This document shows, piece after piece, positions 21,435 to 34,302 of a stretch of DNA of 64,000 nt. How positions within the stretch are numbered: position 1 is the first letter of the stretch; the number at the start of each line of letters is the position of its first letter. The notes beneath the pieces were generated by a model, which was not told the DNA's origin, searched no databases, and was given only the letters and a program-made list of their open reading frames with translations. The stretch is from positions 31,170 to 95,169 of the forward strand of contig CAXPTH010000012.1 in the NCBI GenBank assembly GCA_964220215.1, in the 5' to 3' direction. Origin of the DNA: Alteromonas sp. (GTDB lineage Bacteria; Margulisbacteria; Marinamargulisbacteria; UBA6595). Both the position numbers and the translations under genes were made by a program.

Positions 21435-22439
21435 TTATACCGTGTTTAAATGATTCCGCAACTCACTGGGAGATAGTAAAACCAATAAAAATAAAGCCAT
21501 TCGAACGTATAGCCCATTATCTGTTTGCCGAAAGTAGGCCGCTTGGTTCAGGTCATCCACATCGGGATGAATTTCATTGGTCCGTGGCAGGGGATGCATA
21601 ATAACCACATCGGGCTTACACACCGATTCTATTAACGTCCGATTTAAAATATACAATTGTTCAAATCGCTCATAATCCGACTCGGATTGAAATCGCTCTC
21701 GTTGCAATCGCGTCATATAAATGACGTCCGCTGTAGCAATACCCACTTTGAAGTCATCGGTTTGAGTGACACGAATACCGCTCCCTTGCAAAGCATGGAC
21801 GCTGTCCGCTGGCAATTGAAGATCATTGGGCGCAATCGCAACAATATGAATGTTGGTATATAACCGCATTAAATGAACCAACGAATGAACGGTTCGACCG
21901 TGTTGCAAATCACCCACAACGGCTATGGTCAAATCAGACAGGCGTTTTGTTTCATTGTATATCGTATACAAATCCAGTAAGGCTTGGGTGGGATGTTCAC
22001 CAATTCCGTCTCCAGCATTGATAATGGGGGTTGTACTGTTATCCGCCGCAATGCGTGCAGATCCCACCGTAAAATGACGCAAAACAATCACATCAACATA
22101 CCCCTGGACCACCCGAATTGTATCCGACAAACTTTCGCCCTTGGAAATTGAAGAAAACACAACACCCACCGTATTATCCACACTGCCGCCTAAATATTGA
22201 AATGCAGAAGCAAAGCTAATGCGGCTACGGGTACTAGCCTCAAAAAACAAGTTGCTTAGCACATAACCACTGAGTGGATTCCACTGTCGCAATTGGGATC
22301 GCCCCATTGCTTTAAGCCGATCGGTTAACTCAAATAACGCATCAATCGCAGACTCTGTAAACTGCGAAACCGATACAACATTGTTGCCGTTCCAGGTATC
22401 TGCTTGTATTGTGGATTCTATTGTCTGTTTTTTTGTCAT
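21435..22439 (-). CDS. pyrB: aspartate carbamoyltransferase catalytic subunit
   Basis: FFEASTRSRISF, KGESLSDT, INAGDG.GEHPTQALLD, MHPLPR. ATG at 22439 preferred over the upstream TTG. Confidence 0.95.
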   Translation of the reverse strand: MTKKQTIESTIQADTWNGNNVVSVSQFTESAIDALFELTDRLKAMGRSQLRQWNPLSGYVLSNLFFEASTRSRISFASAFQYLGGSVDNTVGVVFSSISKGESLSDTIRVVQGYVDVIVLRHFTVGSARIAADNSTTPIINAGDGIGEHPTQALLDLYTIYNETKRLSDLTIAVVGDLQHGRTVHSLVHLMRLYTNIHIVAIAPNDLQLPADSVHALQGSGIRVTQTDDFKVGIATADVIYMTRLQRERFQSESDYERFEQLYILNRTLIESVCKPDVVIMHPLPRTNEIHPDVDDLNQAAYFRQTDNGLYVRMALFLLVLLSPSELRNHLNTV

Positions 22440-22466
22440 ATAAATCAATTAACTAAATTAATCCAT

Positions 22467-22496
22467 ATTGTAGGCTTCATTTGAGTTGCACGTCAA
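22467..22496 (-). promoter_or_regulatory. sigma70-type promoter upstream of pyrB-skp-lpxD-yjbH-dnaA
   Basis: Minus strand TTGACG-18 nt-TACAAT. Confidence 0.65.
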
Positions 22497-22572
22497 CGAA
22501 ATGCGGTGATATTATGATTTGTGTCTTAAAAAAAAACAAACAAACATTGAATAAAAAAGCGCAAAAACAACC

Positions 22573-23346
22573 ATGATGATACTCACGATAACGACACTCG
22601 GAATTCTGCTATCCCTGATTAGTTTTGGAAATCTGAGCGATGGCCCAAGTCGTCCGGTTGCTAAAGTTGGCAAAACGATTATTGATACGCACGATGTCCA
22701 TACTCGATTAAACCGACTTCCCCAAAACCCACAAACTACACAAAAAGACCGTTACGAATGGGCATTAAATCAGTTAATTGATGAAGCCATTTTAGTTTAT
22801 CAAGCAAAAAAAACCGGTTTGCATCGCACAAAAGAATATGCGGACAATTTAGAAACCGTCAAGAATGCGCTGTTGCTAGAATTGATGATTGCTCGATTAC
22901 TAGAAAACTACCCCGGTGTGTCCGATGCTGAAGTCAATCAATTTTATCAAGCCAATGCTGCACTGTTTGATTCCATTCATCAACGTCGGTTTCAATATAG
23001 CGTGTCAGACACACAATCCGAAGCCAGTAAGCGCTATTCCCAACTGACTCAAAACCCCAGCGCCGTTCCATGGACACACGGGGGTTGGATCACCCACAAT
23101 CACCCAGACTCCGCACTGGCCAAAACTGTGTTTTCATTAAAGACCATTGGCGATATTGCCCCACCGGTTGAAACACAAACTGGCTACTATGTTATTCAAT
23201 TAATTGGGATTAACCAAACACCCACACAGCCCAAAGCAGATAGCCTAAAGCTCATCCGGGCTGAATTGGACTTTGAACAACGAGAGGCCTTCATTGATGC
23301 CTATATTAATCAAGCACGGGATACCGTAACCGTACATCGATACTAA
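22573..23346 (+). CDS. PrsA/SurA-like foldase (parvulin-like)
   Basis: N-terminal TM, VAKVG..I, LNQLIDEAILVYQAKKTGL, GDIAPPVETQTGYYVI. Confidence 0.75.
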   Translation: MMILTITTLGILLSLISFGNLSDGPSRPVAKVGKTIIDTHDVHTRLNRLPQNPQTTQKDRYEWALNQLIDEAILVYQAKKTGLHRTKEYADNLETVKNALLLELMIARLLENYPGVSDAEVNQFYQANAALFDSIHQRRFQYSVSDTQSEASKRYSQLTQNPSAVPWTHGGWITHNHPDSALAKTVFSLKTIGDIAPPVETQTGYYVIQLIGINQTPTQPKADSLKLIRAELDFEQREAFIDAYINQARDTVTVHRY

Positions 23347-23349
23347 ACT

Positions 23350-24243
23350 ATGGACATTCAAATCAAATCGCCCGCCAAATTAAATTTATCCCTCGCTGTG
23401 TATGCCCCGCGCCACGACGGGTATCATCCAATTGCCTCGTGCTTTCAAAAAATAAACCTATGGGATAGCATCAGCATTCGTCAAACCAAACAGCCCGGTC
23501 TGACGTTAACCTGCAATGACCCCTCGATACCCACCGACCATACCAATACTATAGCGGCCTGTTACGCAAAAATTAAAGATCGGCTCTTGCATGGGCTGTC
23601 CGTACATCTCAACAAAAAAATACCGGTGGGCAGCGGCCTCGGAAGCGCCAGCGGAAATGCCGCTGCATTTTTAAAAACCATCAACCGCGTATGTACTCTC
23701 GGCTATACAAACCATGAATTGATACAATTGGGCCGATCCGTTGGATCAGATGTCCCCGTATTTATACACGAATGCTCAACCGCGTGGGTCACCCAAACCG
23801 GCGAATCTGTCACCCCCATTGGCCCCTGTGAATTTAACTTTTTTTTACTTGTTTTCCCCAACCAACGAATGTCAACTCAGGATATTTATGCTGCCTATGA
23901 TGCAATTGGACATTATCCCGACGAACCGTTGACACAAGCCATCCCTGATTACGGAACCCTCGGGCATAACGACTTGCAGCCCATTGTTTGGCAATTGCAT
24001 CCGCTGTACCAAACACTCCAAGACACCTGGATACGGAAGCATCCCGAGAGCCGCTTGCATTTAACGGGATCCGGCGGATGCTTATTTGTACCGGCAATTG
24101 ATGCAGCTACTGTCGATCACTATTATTCAAGTGCCAAAGCGATTTGGCCATCGTTCTGGATTAAAACCGTGTCAGCCCCTAATCCCAACGCAAAAACGGA
24201 TTTTTTTGACTCTGATTCAACCGTTTCACAATCGTTTTTTTAA
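23350..24243 (+). CDS. ispE: 4-diphosphocytidyl-2-C-methyl-D-erythritol kinase
   Basis: SPAKLNLSL, KKIPVGSGLGSASGNAA, GSDVP, LTGSG. Confidence 0.93.
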   Translation: MDIQIKSPAKLNLSLAVYAPRHDGYHPIASCFQKINLWDSISIRQTKQPGLTLTCNDPSIPTDHTNTIAACYAKIKDRLLHGLSVHLNKKIPVGSGLGSASGNAAAFLKTINRVCTLGYTNHELIQLGRSVGSDVPVFIHECSTAWVTQTGESVTPIGPCEFNFFLLVFPNQRMSTQDIYAAYDAIGHYPDEPLTQAIPDYGTLGHNDLQPIVWQLHPLYQTLQDTWIRKHPESRLHLTGSGGCLFVPAIDAATVDHYYSSAKAIWPSFWIKTVSAPNPNAKTDFFDSDSTVSQSFF

Positions 24244-24364
24244 GATTATCACGGATGGTGTCTTGCCGTTTTGTATTGCGCCAATAGGATCGAAAATTCG
24301 CATAGCGACTCATTGTTCGAATGATGTCTTGAACCAGTTGATCCGCTAATTCATCGTGTGCCAT
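24179..24364 (-). CDS. small hypothetical protein (61 aa, MAHDELADQLVQ...)
   Basis: ATG 24364 lies 10 nt downstream of extended -10 TGGTACACT (24383-24375); fills the ispE-priA gap. Confidence 0.5.
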   Translation of the reverse strand: MAHDELADQLVQDIIRTMSRYANFRSYWRNTKRQDTIRDNLKKTIVKRLNQSQKNPFLRWD

Positions 24365-24438
24365 TGGTGTCTTTAGTGTACCATTTACACACCACAAAAT
24401 CACTACACACCACCGGATAAATTTCTATGCTATGATGA

Positions 24439-26376
24439 ATGACCATGCGATTTGCCCACGTTCTTGTCCTGCGCGATTTGAATCGATATTACACCTATGC
24501 CGTTGACAGTGGCATCGAACCCGGGGACCATATTGAAGTTCCGTTTGGTAAAAGTATTGCCCTAGGGTTAGTCATGCGCATTATTCCCAAACCATCCACA
24601 CGTTATGCGATAAAACCAATGATTCGCCATAGTCCGCATCTACCCCGCCTATATCCCGATTTGATCGAACTCATTGACTGGTTTTCCGACTACTACTATG
24701 TGACCCCTTACGTCAGCTACACGACCATTGTTGGCACCAACCGCACATGGATCACCCCGCCAGCCATGTCGGACCCCCCCCAAACAGCCCCCGACCTTCC
24801 ACTAACCCCCCATCAACAGGATGCCCTAAACGCCTTGCATGCAACCACCAATGAACATCTATTATTTGGGGTAACTGGCAGTGGGAAAACCGAGCTATAC
24901 GTTCACCTAGCTCGCGCATTATTAAACCAAAACAAGTCCGTCTTGGTATTGCTTCCTGAAATTAACTTAACCCCTCAAATTCAACGGTATTTTGAATCGC
25001 GATTCGGCACCGGAGTCACAACCCTGCACTCTGGTATGACCCCGCGTCAACGCAACATTGCCTGGAGTCAAATTTACAGCAACCAAGTCCGCATTATTAT
25101 TGGCCCTCGATCCGCTGTATTTTCACCCATTCAAAACCTAGGGTTAATTTTAATGGATGAAGCCCATGATCAAAGCTACAAGCAAGACAACACCCCGCTG
25201 TACCATGCCATTACCATTGCTCGAAAGCGCACTCAGTACCATAACGCGAAGCTCGTTTACGGAACAGCCACCCCAGATATTGGGTTGTACCATACGTTAT
25301 CGAAACGCAATCAAGTGGTTCAATTAACCCATCGAATTGCAAATCCCACCATTCCCCTACCCACCATTGACTGCGTTGATACCACCCTGCAGCCCACAAC
25401 CGATGGAATCAGCGATGTCTTGCATCAGGCTTTAGTCAAAAACTTAGACTTAAAGCAGAAAAGCATTATCTTGCTGAATCGTCGGGGGTATGCCCCATTT
25501 GTCACCTGTAGTCACTGCAACACGCCCCATATATGTACCCAATGCCAACTCAGCTACACCTATCATGCTGATCAAACATTTCGGTGCCATCGATGCGGAA
25601 TTCGTGCCACTATGACCCATACGTGTCTCAACTGTAAAAAACCAAGTTTGCATGCCAGTGGACTGGGCATTCAAAAACTGGAGCTGGCCCTGCGCCAACA
25701 ACTGCCCAATGCAACAATTATTCGCATGGATCGCGATACCGCCAATACATTAAAGAAACAAACGGAACAGCTGGATGCTTTTCGAGCCCATGGAGATATT
25801 CTGATTGGCACCCAAATGATTGCCAAAGGCCATCATATTGATGCCGTTACCTTAGTCGGCATTTTGGGCATCGAGACTGTCTTAAATAGCCCCCATTTTC
25901 GATCCTCAGAACATGCCTTTCAGCTGATTACGCAAGTGGCTGGACGGGCTGGACGCGGGACACAACCCGGGCGGGTTATTTTGCAAACGACACAACCGGA
26001 TCACTACGCGATTGAAGCGGCTCAACAGTATGACTTTCTTGGGCTATACGAAACTGAAATTGATACGCGGCACTTACTCAACTACCCACCGTTCTCGCAT
26101 TTATTCCGAATTTTAACCTATGCCACTGTCGCCAAACAGGCTTTGGCCCATTTAACCCAATGCTACCAAGTTATTCGCCAAGCCTTACCAACAGCCACGC
26201 TATCAGAACCCTGCCCAGCACCGCTTGAAAAACAAAACAACTATTATCGATTTCACAGCCTCATTCGCATCTCAGACGCACTGCTTCCCGATTGTCATGC
26301 CGTTTTAAAGGAATTGCCCGCCCCACCCAAATCTGTTCGACGTCATATTGACCGAGAACCTGTAACTCTGGTTTAG
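24439..26376 (+). CDS. priA: primosomal protein N' (replication restart helicase)
   Basis: GVTGSGKTE, DEAHD.SYKQ, LNRRGY, Cys-rich Zn module, ILIGTQMIAKG, QVAGRAGR; start may be ATG 24445. Confidence 0.96.
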   Translation: MTMRFAHVLVLRDLNRYYTYAVDSGIEPGDHIEVPFGKSIALGLVMRIIPKPSTRYAIKPMIRHSPHLPRLYPDLIELIDWFSDYYYVTPYVSYTTIVGTNRTWITPPAMSDPPQTAPDLPLTPHQQDALNALHATTNEHLLFGVTGSGKTELYVHLARALLNQNKSVLVLLPEINLTPQIQRYFESRFGTGVTTLHSGMTPRQRNIAWSQIYSNQVRIIIGPRSAVFSPIQNLGLILMDEAHDQSYKQDNTPLYHAITIARKRTQYHNAKLVYGTATPDIGLYHTLSKRNQVVQLTHRIANPTIPLPTIDCVDTTLQPTTDGISDVLHQALVKNLDLKQKSIILLNRRGYAPFVTCSHCNTPHICTQCQLSYTYHADQTFRCHRCGIRATMTHTCLNCKKPSLHASGLGIQKLELALRQQLPNATIIRMDRDTANTLKKQTEQLDAFRAHGDILIGTQMIAKGHHIDAVTLVGILGIETVLNSPHFRSSEHAFQLITQVAGRAGRGTQPGRVILQTTQPDHYAIEAAQQYDFLGLYETEIDTRHLLNYPPFSHLFRILTYATVAKQALAHLTQCYQVIRQALPTATLSEPCPAPLEKQNNYYRFHSLIRISDALLPDCHAVLKELPAPPKSVRRHIDREPVTLV

Positions 26377-26407
26377 ACTCCCAATTTAGATTACACTTAA
26401 TTCTACA

Positions 26408-27325
26408 ATGGTGATGACAAGTGTTTTATTTATTATCGGACTCATTGGTCTATGGAAAAGCAGCGACTGGCTCGTTGACAGCGGCACCGCCATCGCAAAA
26501 TACTACCAAGTATCCCCATTAATGATTGGATTATCCCTCGTGGCATTTGGGACATCGGCACCTGAACTTATGATTAATATTATGGCAAGCATAAACCAAC
26601 AGCCGGAGATTGTCTGGGGGAATGTATTGGGCAGCAACATTGCCAATACAACACTCATTTTAGGTTTAACCGCCATTATTACTCCGTTATGCTTTAAGCC
26701 GTTACGACAAACCGCTATTTTAGTTGCCCACACACTACCGCCACTCGGCCTCGCTGTATGCATAATGATCAACCCCACCCTAGGCCCTAGCGCAGGGTGC
26801 GCGCTGTTGTTACTACTAACCGGCTACCTAGTATTGTTATACCGAAACAACCAATTACCCACCGATTCTGAGCCAGGCCCTCCCCAATTGGGGCCATCCT
26901 TGGGATTGTTTGCATTCGCCTGTATTGCATTGCCAAGCTTTTCATACCTCGTTCTCACACAAGCCACTGCACTTGCTTTATTTATGGGAATACCTGAACT
27001 AATTATTTCCTTGTTTTTTGTGTCTTTAGGCAGCTCGCTGCCTGAGCTTGTTACCTGCATTAATGCGGCCGTAAAACGCAACGCCGATATGGTATTGGGC
27101 AATATTATTGGATCCAATGTATTTAATATCGCCTGTGTCTTAGGCATTAGCTGCAGCATCCAGCCCATTGCCTGGCAATCCAAACTAAGCCTTGAAGGTG
27201 CGCTTGTATTGGGCTTGCCCATTGCGCTATGGCTATTGAGTCATTATGCGACCCAAATGAATCGTTGGGCTGGTAGCGGATTAGCGTTTCTATATATTGC
27301 TTATATCGCCTATTACCTAGCATGA
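26408..27325 (+). CDS. calcium/sodium antiporter (YrbG family)
   Basis: Two alpha repeats: GTSAPE...GNVLGSN and GSSLPE...GNIIGSN. Confidence 0.92.
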   Translation: MVMTSVLFIIGLIGLWKSSDWLVDSGTAIAKYYQVSPLMIGLSLVAFGTSAPELMINIMASINQQPEIVWGNVLGSNIANTTLILGLTAIITPLCFKPLRQTAILVAHTLPPLGLAVCIMINPTLGPSAGCALLLLLTGYLVLLYRNNQLPTDSEPGPPQLGPSLGLFAFACIALPSFSYLVLTQATALALFMGIPELIISLFFVSLGSSLPELVTCINAAVKRNADMVLGNIIGSNVFNIACVLGISCSIQPIAWQSKLSLEGALVLGLPIALWLLSHYATQMNRWAGSGLAFLYIAYIAYYLA

Positions 27326-28587
27326 CGGAACAATTGGATTTAGTTCAGATTGTCAAACGAAAGGGAACGGGTAAAACCATGAGTAAAGCGCTATCGGACG
27401 ACGACTTGCACGCACTGGCTCCTTTGCTACAATCCCCCAACACCCATGCCGCTACCAAAGCGACCCTAATAACGGCATTGATCATGCTGGAAAAAACGGA
27501 TGCCGAAAGCCGTTGGTTTGAACATACACTCCAAGACCCAGCCAGCCAAATACTACCCCCGGATTTATATGCCCTATTTTTTACATCACCGAAAAGTTCA
27601 ATGGATCAAATTATTCACAACCTACTCAATCACACGAATTTGTCTGAATCTGATATGAACACGGGTTTGGACTATGTCTTTAATTCACGAAACAACACAA
27701 CTAAAAAAGCGGTTTTTTTAGAAGCATTGCGGCTAAAAGAAGAAACCAAGCTTGAAAATCATACGGCCTATACTTATTTGCTCAACCAGAGTCATCATAT
27801 ACAAACAAGACTGCCCCATGTGATTGATTTGGCAAACCCATATGATGGATTTAATCGCAATCTATACTGCGGCGTGTTTTTAGCGCCATTATTGGGCAGC
27901 ATTGGCTTCCCCTGTGTGTTGCATGGCATCGATGCCATTGGCCCTAAAAATGGTGTCAATCCAAGCAAACTATTGCAGGCCATGAATAAAAAAACAACCC
28001 ATACATTATCCGAAGCGGCTGAGCAATTAATGGGTAACGGATGGTGTTATGTGGACCAGTCTGTTTTTTCGCCCCTGTTATACGCACAAAAACAATTGCG
28101 TTTGGATATGGTCAAACGGCCATTGCTCGCAACCTTAGAAAAAATATTGCTGCCGATTCGCGGCCAATCCACCCACTTGATTACCGGATACACGCACCCG
28201 CCCTACAAACAAAAAATGACCGATTTAATGGCCCACAGCCCCATGACACAAGGCACCTTGTTTCGTGGAGTTGAAGGCTCCACGCAACTATCCCTGACCA
28301 AGCGGATACGATACAGAACTGTTCAGCTCAACACCCATACCGAACACTTTCTTGACCCTCCAAACATGCCACACAATGACGCCCCTCCCCACGACTGCTT
28401 AACCGATTCCATAGACACCGGCATAGCCGCTTTAAATGGTCGGCCCTCCCCCATGCGGTTAATCCTATTACATACCGGATCAGCCATGCTCGACACTCTA
28501 TCCCTGATGCCGTATGCGACGGCATGGAATGCCCTAGACAACGCATTACAATCTGGAAAAGCGCTGTCCCATTGGACCAACAGCTAG
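27322..28587 (+). CDS. anthranilate phosphoribosyltransferase-like protein (glycosyltransferase family 3, TrpD/YbiB-like)
   Basis: KGTGKTMSKAL, ALRLKEET, PYDGFNR, GPKNGV, KRPLLATLEK, RGVEGS. Confidence 0.75.
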   Translation: MTEQLDLVQIVKRKGTGKTMSKALSDDDLHALAPLLQSPNTHAATKATLITALIMLEKTDAESRWFEHTLQDPASQILPPDLYALFFTSPKSSMDQIIHNLLNHTNLSESDMNTGLDYVFNSRNNTTKKAVFLEALRLKEETKLENHTAYTYLLNQSHHIQTRLPHVIDLANPYDGFNRNLYCGVFLAPLLGSIGFPCVLHGIDAIGPKNGVNPSKLLQAMNKKTTHTLSEAAEQLMGNGWCYVDQSVFSPLLYAQKQLRLDMVKRPLLATLEKILLPIRGQSTHLITGYTHPPYKQKMTDLMAHSPMTQGTLFRGVEGSTQLSLTKRIRYRTVQLNTHTEHFLDPPNMPHNDAPPHDCLTDSIDTGIAALNGRPSPMRLILLHTGSAMLDTLSLMPYATAWNALDNALQSGKALSHWTNS

Positions 28588-29594
28588 CCCAATGCGCGTT
28601 GTATAATGCCCGATAATGCAGACACCCACTCGGGCTCTGTATTCAGGCATGGAATCATGGTGAATGTTTCACCCCCGTTCTCTAAAAAGATTTCTTTCCC
28701 CTCTTCACCAATTTCTTCAAGCGTTTCCAAGCAATCCGCAACAAATGCCGGACAACATACAGCCAGATGCCGCACACCGGATTGGGCCAACCGCTTAATT
28801 TCTGCATCCGTAAATGGGGTCAGCCATTGATCCAATCCGAACCGAGACTGAAACGACCAACTCCATTGTGGAGGGGGTGTTTTCATCGCCTGAATAACAG
28901 ACAGCGACGTTTGTTTGACTTGGTGCGGATAGCACACCGCATGCGCATCTTTATTGGGTATGAAACAACAGTCTTTGGATTGAAAACAATGCTTCCCGGG
29001 ATCTGTTTTTTTAACATGCCGAACCGGTATGCCATGATAACTCATTAACAAGTAATCAACCGTATGATCAACATGCGCTTGAATTGTATTCGCTAAAGCA
29101 TGAATATAACCAGAATCGCCATAAAATGGCGAAACATGATTAACAACCATGCCCAATTCCTGTGCAGCTGTGTCGACCGCCACCGTCACCGTTTTTGTGG
29201 TAGCCATTGCGTATTGTGGATACAATGGAACGGATATAACATGATCAACACCCCGGTCTTTCAATTGCTCAAGCCCATGACGAATGCTGGGGTTTCCATA
29301 GCGCATGGCCAACGCAACTGGAATTTGACTCTGCGACTGAATGTCCTGCGTCAATGCGTCACTAATGGCGTATAGCGGAGACCCAGCATCTGTCCAAATT
29401 GACTGATAGGCTGCAGCTGTTTTTTTAGGACGAACCCTCAGAATGATCCCATGAATCAGCAGCCATCGTAGCCAATGGGGCAAATCAATGACGTATTCAT
29501 CCATTAGAAACTCCCCCAAGTATCGTCGGACATCCGGAACAGACGTTGAGTCTGGTGTTCCTAAATTGACCAATAAAATACCCGATTGCGTCAT
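28584..29594 (-). CDS. hemH: ferrochelatase
   Basis: LLVNLGTP, LYPQY, SYHGIP, FQSRFG..WL.P, FVADCLETLEE. Confidence 0.97.
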   Translation of the reverse strand: MTQSGILLVNLGTPDSTSVPDVRRYLGEFLMDEYVIDLPHWLRWLLIHGIILRVRPKKTAAAYQSIWTDAGSPLYAISDALTQDIQSQSQIPVALAMRYGNPSIRHGLEQLKDRGVDHVISVPLYPQYAMATTKTVTVAVDTAAQELGMVVNHVSPFYGDSGYIHALANTIQAHVDHTVDYLLMSYHGIPVRHVKKTDPGKHCFQSKDCCFIPNKDAHAVCYPHQVKQTSLSVIQAMKTPPPQWSWSFQSRFGLDQWLTPFTDAEIKRLAQSGVRHLAVCCPAFVADCLETLEEIGEEGKEIFLENGGETFTMIPCLNTEPEWVSALSGIIQRALG

Positions 29595-29621
29595 CTTATA
29601 GCGCTCTATAGCTCTATTAAA

Positions 29622-30128
29622 CTACAGGGAAGGTTTTTTGGATTTATCATGAAGCAATCGCTTGTCATATGATCGAACACGCGTTTGAGCCGCAATGATT
29701 TCACCCTGTTTCAACACAACAATACGCTTCAGCAAATCAATCAATTTATCAATATCAAATGGCTTGATTAAATATTCAATAATGCGTCCATACACTGGAT
29801 CACAAACCGCTTGCCAAATGTACGGCTCGTCATACGCTGTTAACAACACAACGTTCAAACACTCGTAAAACGATTCCTTTTCTCGCCACTCTTTTAAAAA
29901 ATCCAAGCCGCCTTGTTTAGGCATATTAACATCCAAAATTACACAGTCTATTTTTGGGGTTCCCAAACTCATGAACGATCGGGTTGCTTCTATTTTTTCA
30001 CTGGCTTCATAGCCATTTCTGGCATCCAAAACAGTCCACCCCAACCGAGACTCAATTAGCTCTTTAATTCCTTTTCGCAAATCATCTTCATCATCAACAA
30101 CCAAAATTGTTGGGGTATATTTCATCAT
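29622..30128 (-). CDS. single-domain response regulator
   Basis: ILVVDDE, ILDVNMP..GGLD, LLTAY, YLIKPF. Confidence 0.88.
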   Translation of the reverse strand: MMKYTPTILVVDDEDDLRKGIKELIESRLGWTVLDARNGYEASEKIEATRSFMSLGTPKIDCVILDVNMPKQGGLDFLKEWREKESFYECLNVVLLTAYDEPYIWQAVCDPVYGRIIEYLIKPFDIDKLIDLLKRIVVLKQGEIIAAQTRVRSYDKRLLHDKSKKPSL

Positions 30129-30475
30129 TATTTAGCATTCGCCTTTATAATTTGTTTTATGTGTGCTCGACTCAAATAAATTGGACCCAACACGGTTCCT
30201 CGAAGGGTTAGAAATAGTATTAGTGGAATACATAGTAGAATTATAGCTATAAAATCAATGAAAAACAAGGGTTTTCGTTTCCTAGCAATCGATTCATTAT
30301 CGGTTACGAATTCAAACGATTGATCGTAAAAATTAGGGAAGTTTCTCTGCGCTGCAACAACAACGGCCACCCGATCCGATGCAATACGAAACCCAGTCAA
30401 GATGCCGGCAAAAAAACCATAAAAAAACCCCAATAAAAAAACAACAGGTGTCCCCAAGTAGCATAATTTTTTCAT
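30128..30475 (-). CDS. hypothetical membrane protein
   Basis: Two hydrophobic segments; stop overlaps the response-regulator start; AT-rich. Confidence 0.45.
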   Translation of the reverse strand: MKKLCYLGTPVVFLLGFFYGFFAGILTGFRIASDRVAVVVAAQRNFPNFYDQSFEFVTDNESIARKRKPLFFIDFIAIILLCIPLILFLTLRGTVLGPIYLSRAHIKQIIKANAK

Positions 30476-30748
30476 ATACAATTGAAAATAATATCACAAG
30501 GAACCATAGCATGTGAACAGATGATCCACATGCCCCACGATACATCTAGCTTACTATCGGATAAAATAAAGAACGCTCCGCCCTGGGCCACTTCATAATT
30601 TTTAGAATGGATTACTGTAATTATCGATATTAATGTGGTACTATGATTGGCTGTTGCCAAGTTAACAACAAGTCGTTGTGTAGCAACGCCAATTAAGTAA
30701 GTAATTTAGCAAAAATTTAGTATAGAAAGAGTAAATAGATAGGATTGA

Positions 30749-33342
<2,594 letters not shown>

Positions 33343-33343
33343 C

Positions 33344-34297
33344 CTAGAAATTTAATGCTAAAGAAAAGTAGTGCTGAAAGTCAAAATCTGGATGCTCCGA
33401 TACCTGATACGCATAATCAATACTCAAAAAATCAAATTCAAACCCCATACCCAACGTGGTGGCAGAACGAACTCGAACCGGGCTCACGGGAAAGTTGCGC
33501 TGACCCACACGAAAAAACCAGTCAATATTTTTCAAGAGCCGATGAAATAACTCATAGTCCAATGCGGCAGAGAAAAATATATCCGAATGAAACTCATACT
33601 TTTTAACTTCGGATAATACCGAATAATACTCCGCTGGCTTATACTTACCCGCAATCAAATAACGGGACGGCAATTTTTCAGCATTTCCATCGTTGCTATA
33701 TTTAATATTTTGGTTGGGAATCGCGTTTTGAAGAACCATCGACAGATCCAATCGATCAAATTGGCGAATAGCCCCAATATCCATATTCACCCCACTACCC
33801 TTTAAATGAGTCCCCGCATTAATCCGGTAATAATTGAATGCCAATCCCAAAGACCATTGGCTTTCAAGCATCGTTTGGTACCCCAGCTTATACACATGGT
33901 TGCCGTATTCGAATACAGAAACGGTATCAATACCAATCAACTCATTGCTAGCATTATACTGGCCCGCAGTATTTGGAATATCAGACACACTGGCTCCCAT
34001 ACGCGCCAGGGCTAACACCCCATGCTTAAGCCGGTATGCACCGGCTATCGACAAATACTCAACTTCATCCATAACCGTTGTGCTAAAAAAGGATGCCGAC
34101 CATCGATCCACAGAATACAAACTAGCGGGGTTTTCAAATACACCACTCGCCGATCGATTAAACCCACTAATATTCGCTAATCCAATGTGGTGCGCACTCG
34201 TCCCTAGCTGAGTAATATCAATCGCTGTGACCGGTGCCGCAGACGCTGAAATCCCAAGGCATACAAGCACAGCAATAAGCGTCTGTATCTGGCGCAT
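33344..34297 (-). CDS. PorV/FadL-like outer-membrane beta-barrel protein
   Basis: Signal peptide, SA...GLA...FENPASL, SIDYAY, C-terminal HYFSLALNF. Confidence 0.6.
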   Translation of the reverse strand: MRQIQTLIAVLVCLGISASAAPVTAIDITQLGTSAHHIGLANISGFNRSASGVFENPASLYSVDRWSASFFSTTVMDEVEYLSIAGAYRLKHGVLALARMGASVSDIPNTAGQYNASNELIGIDTVSVFEYGNHVYKLGYQTMLESQWSLGLAFNYYRINAGTHLKGSGVNMDIGAIRQFDRLDLSMVLQNAIPNQNIKYSNDGNAEKLPSRYLIAGKYKPAEYYSVLSEVKKYEFHSDIFFSAALDYELFHRLLKNIDWFFRVGQRNFPVSPVRVRSATTLGMGFEFDFLSIDYAYQVSEHPDFDFQHYFSLALNF

Positions 34298-34302
34298 TAA
34301 TG

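Noticed and set aside
22174..22182. Perfect DnaA box TTATCCACA
   Set aside because: Single copy inside the pyrB coding sequence; no cluster or unwinding element, so not oriC.
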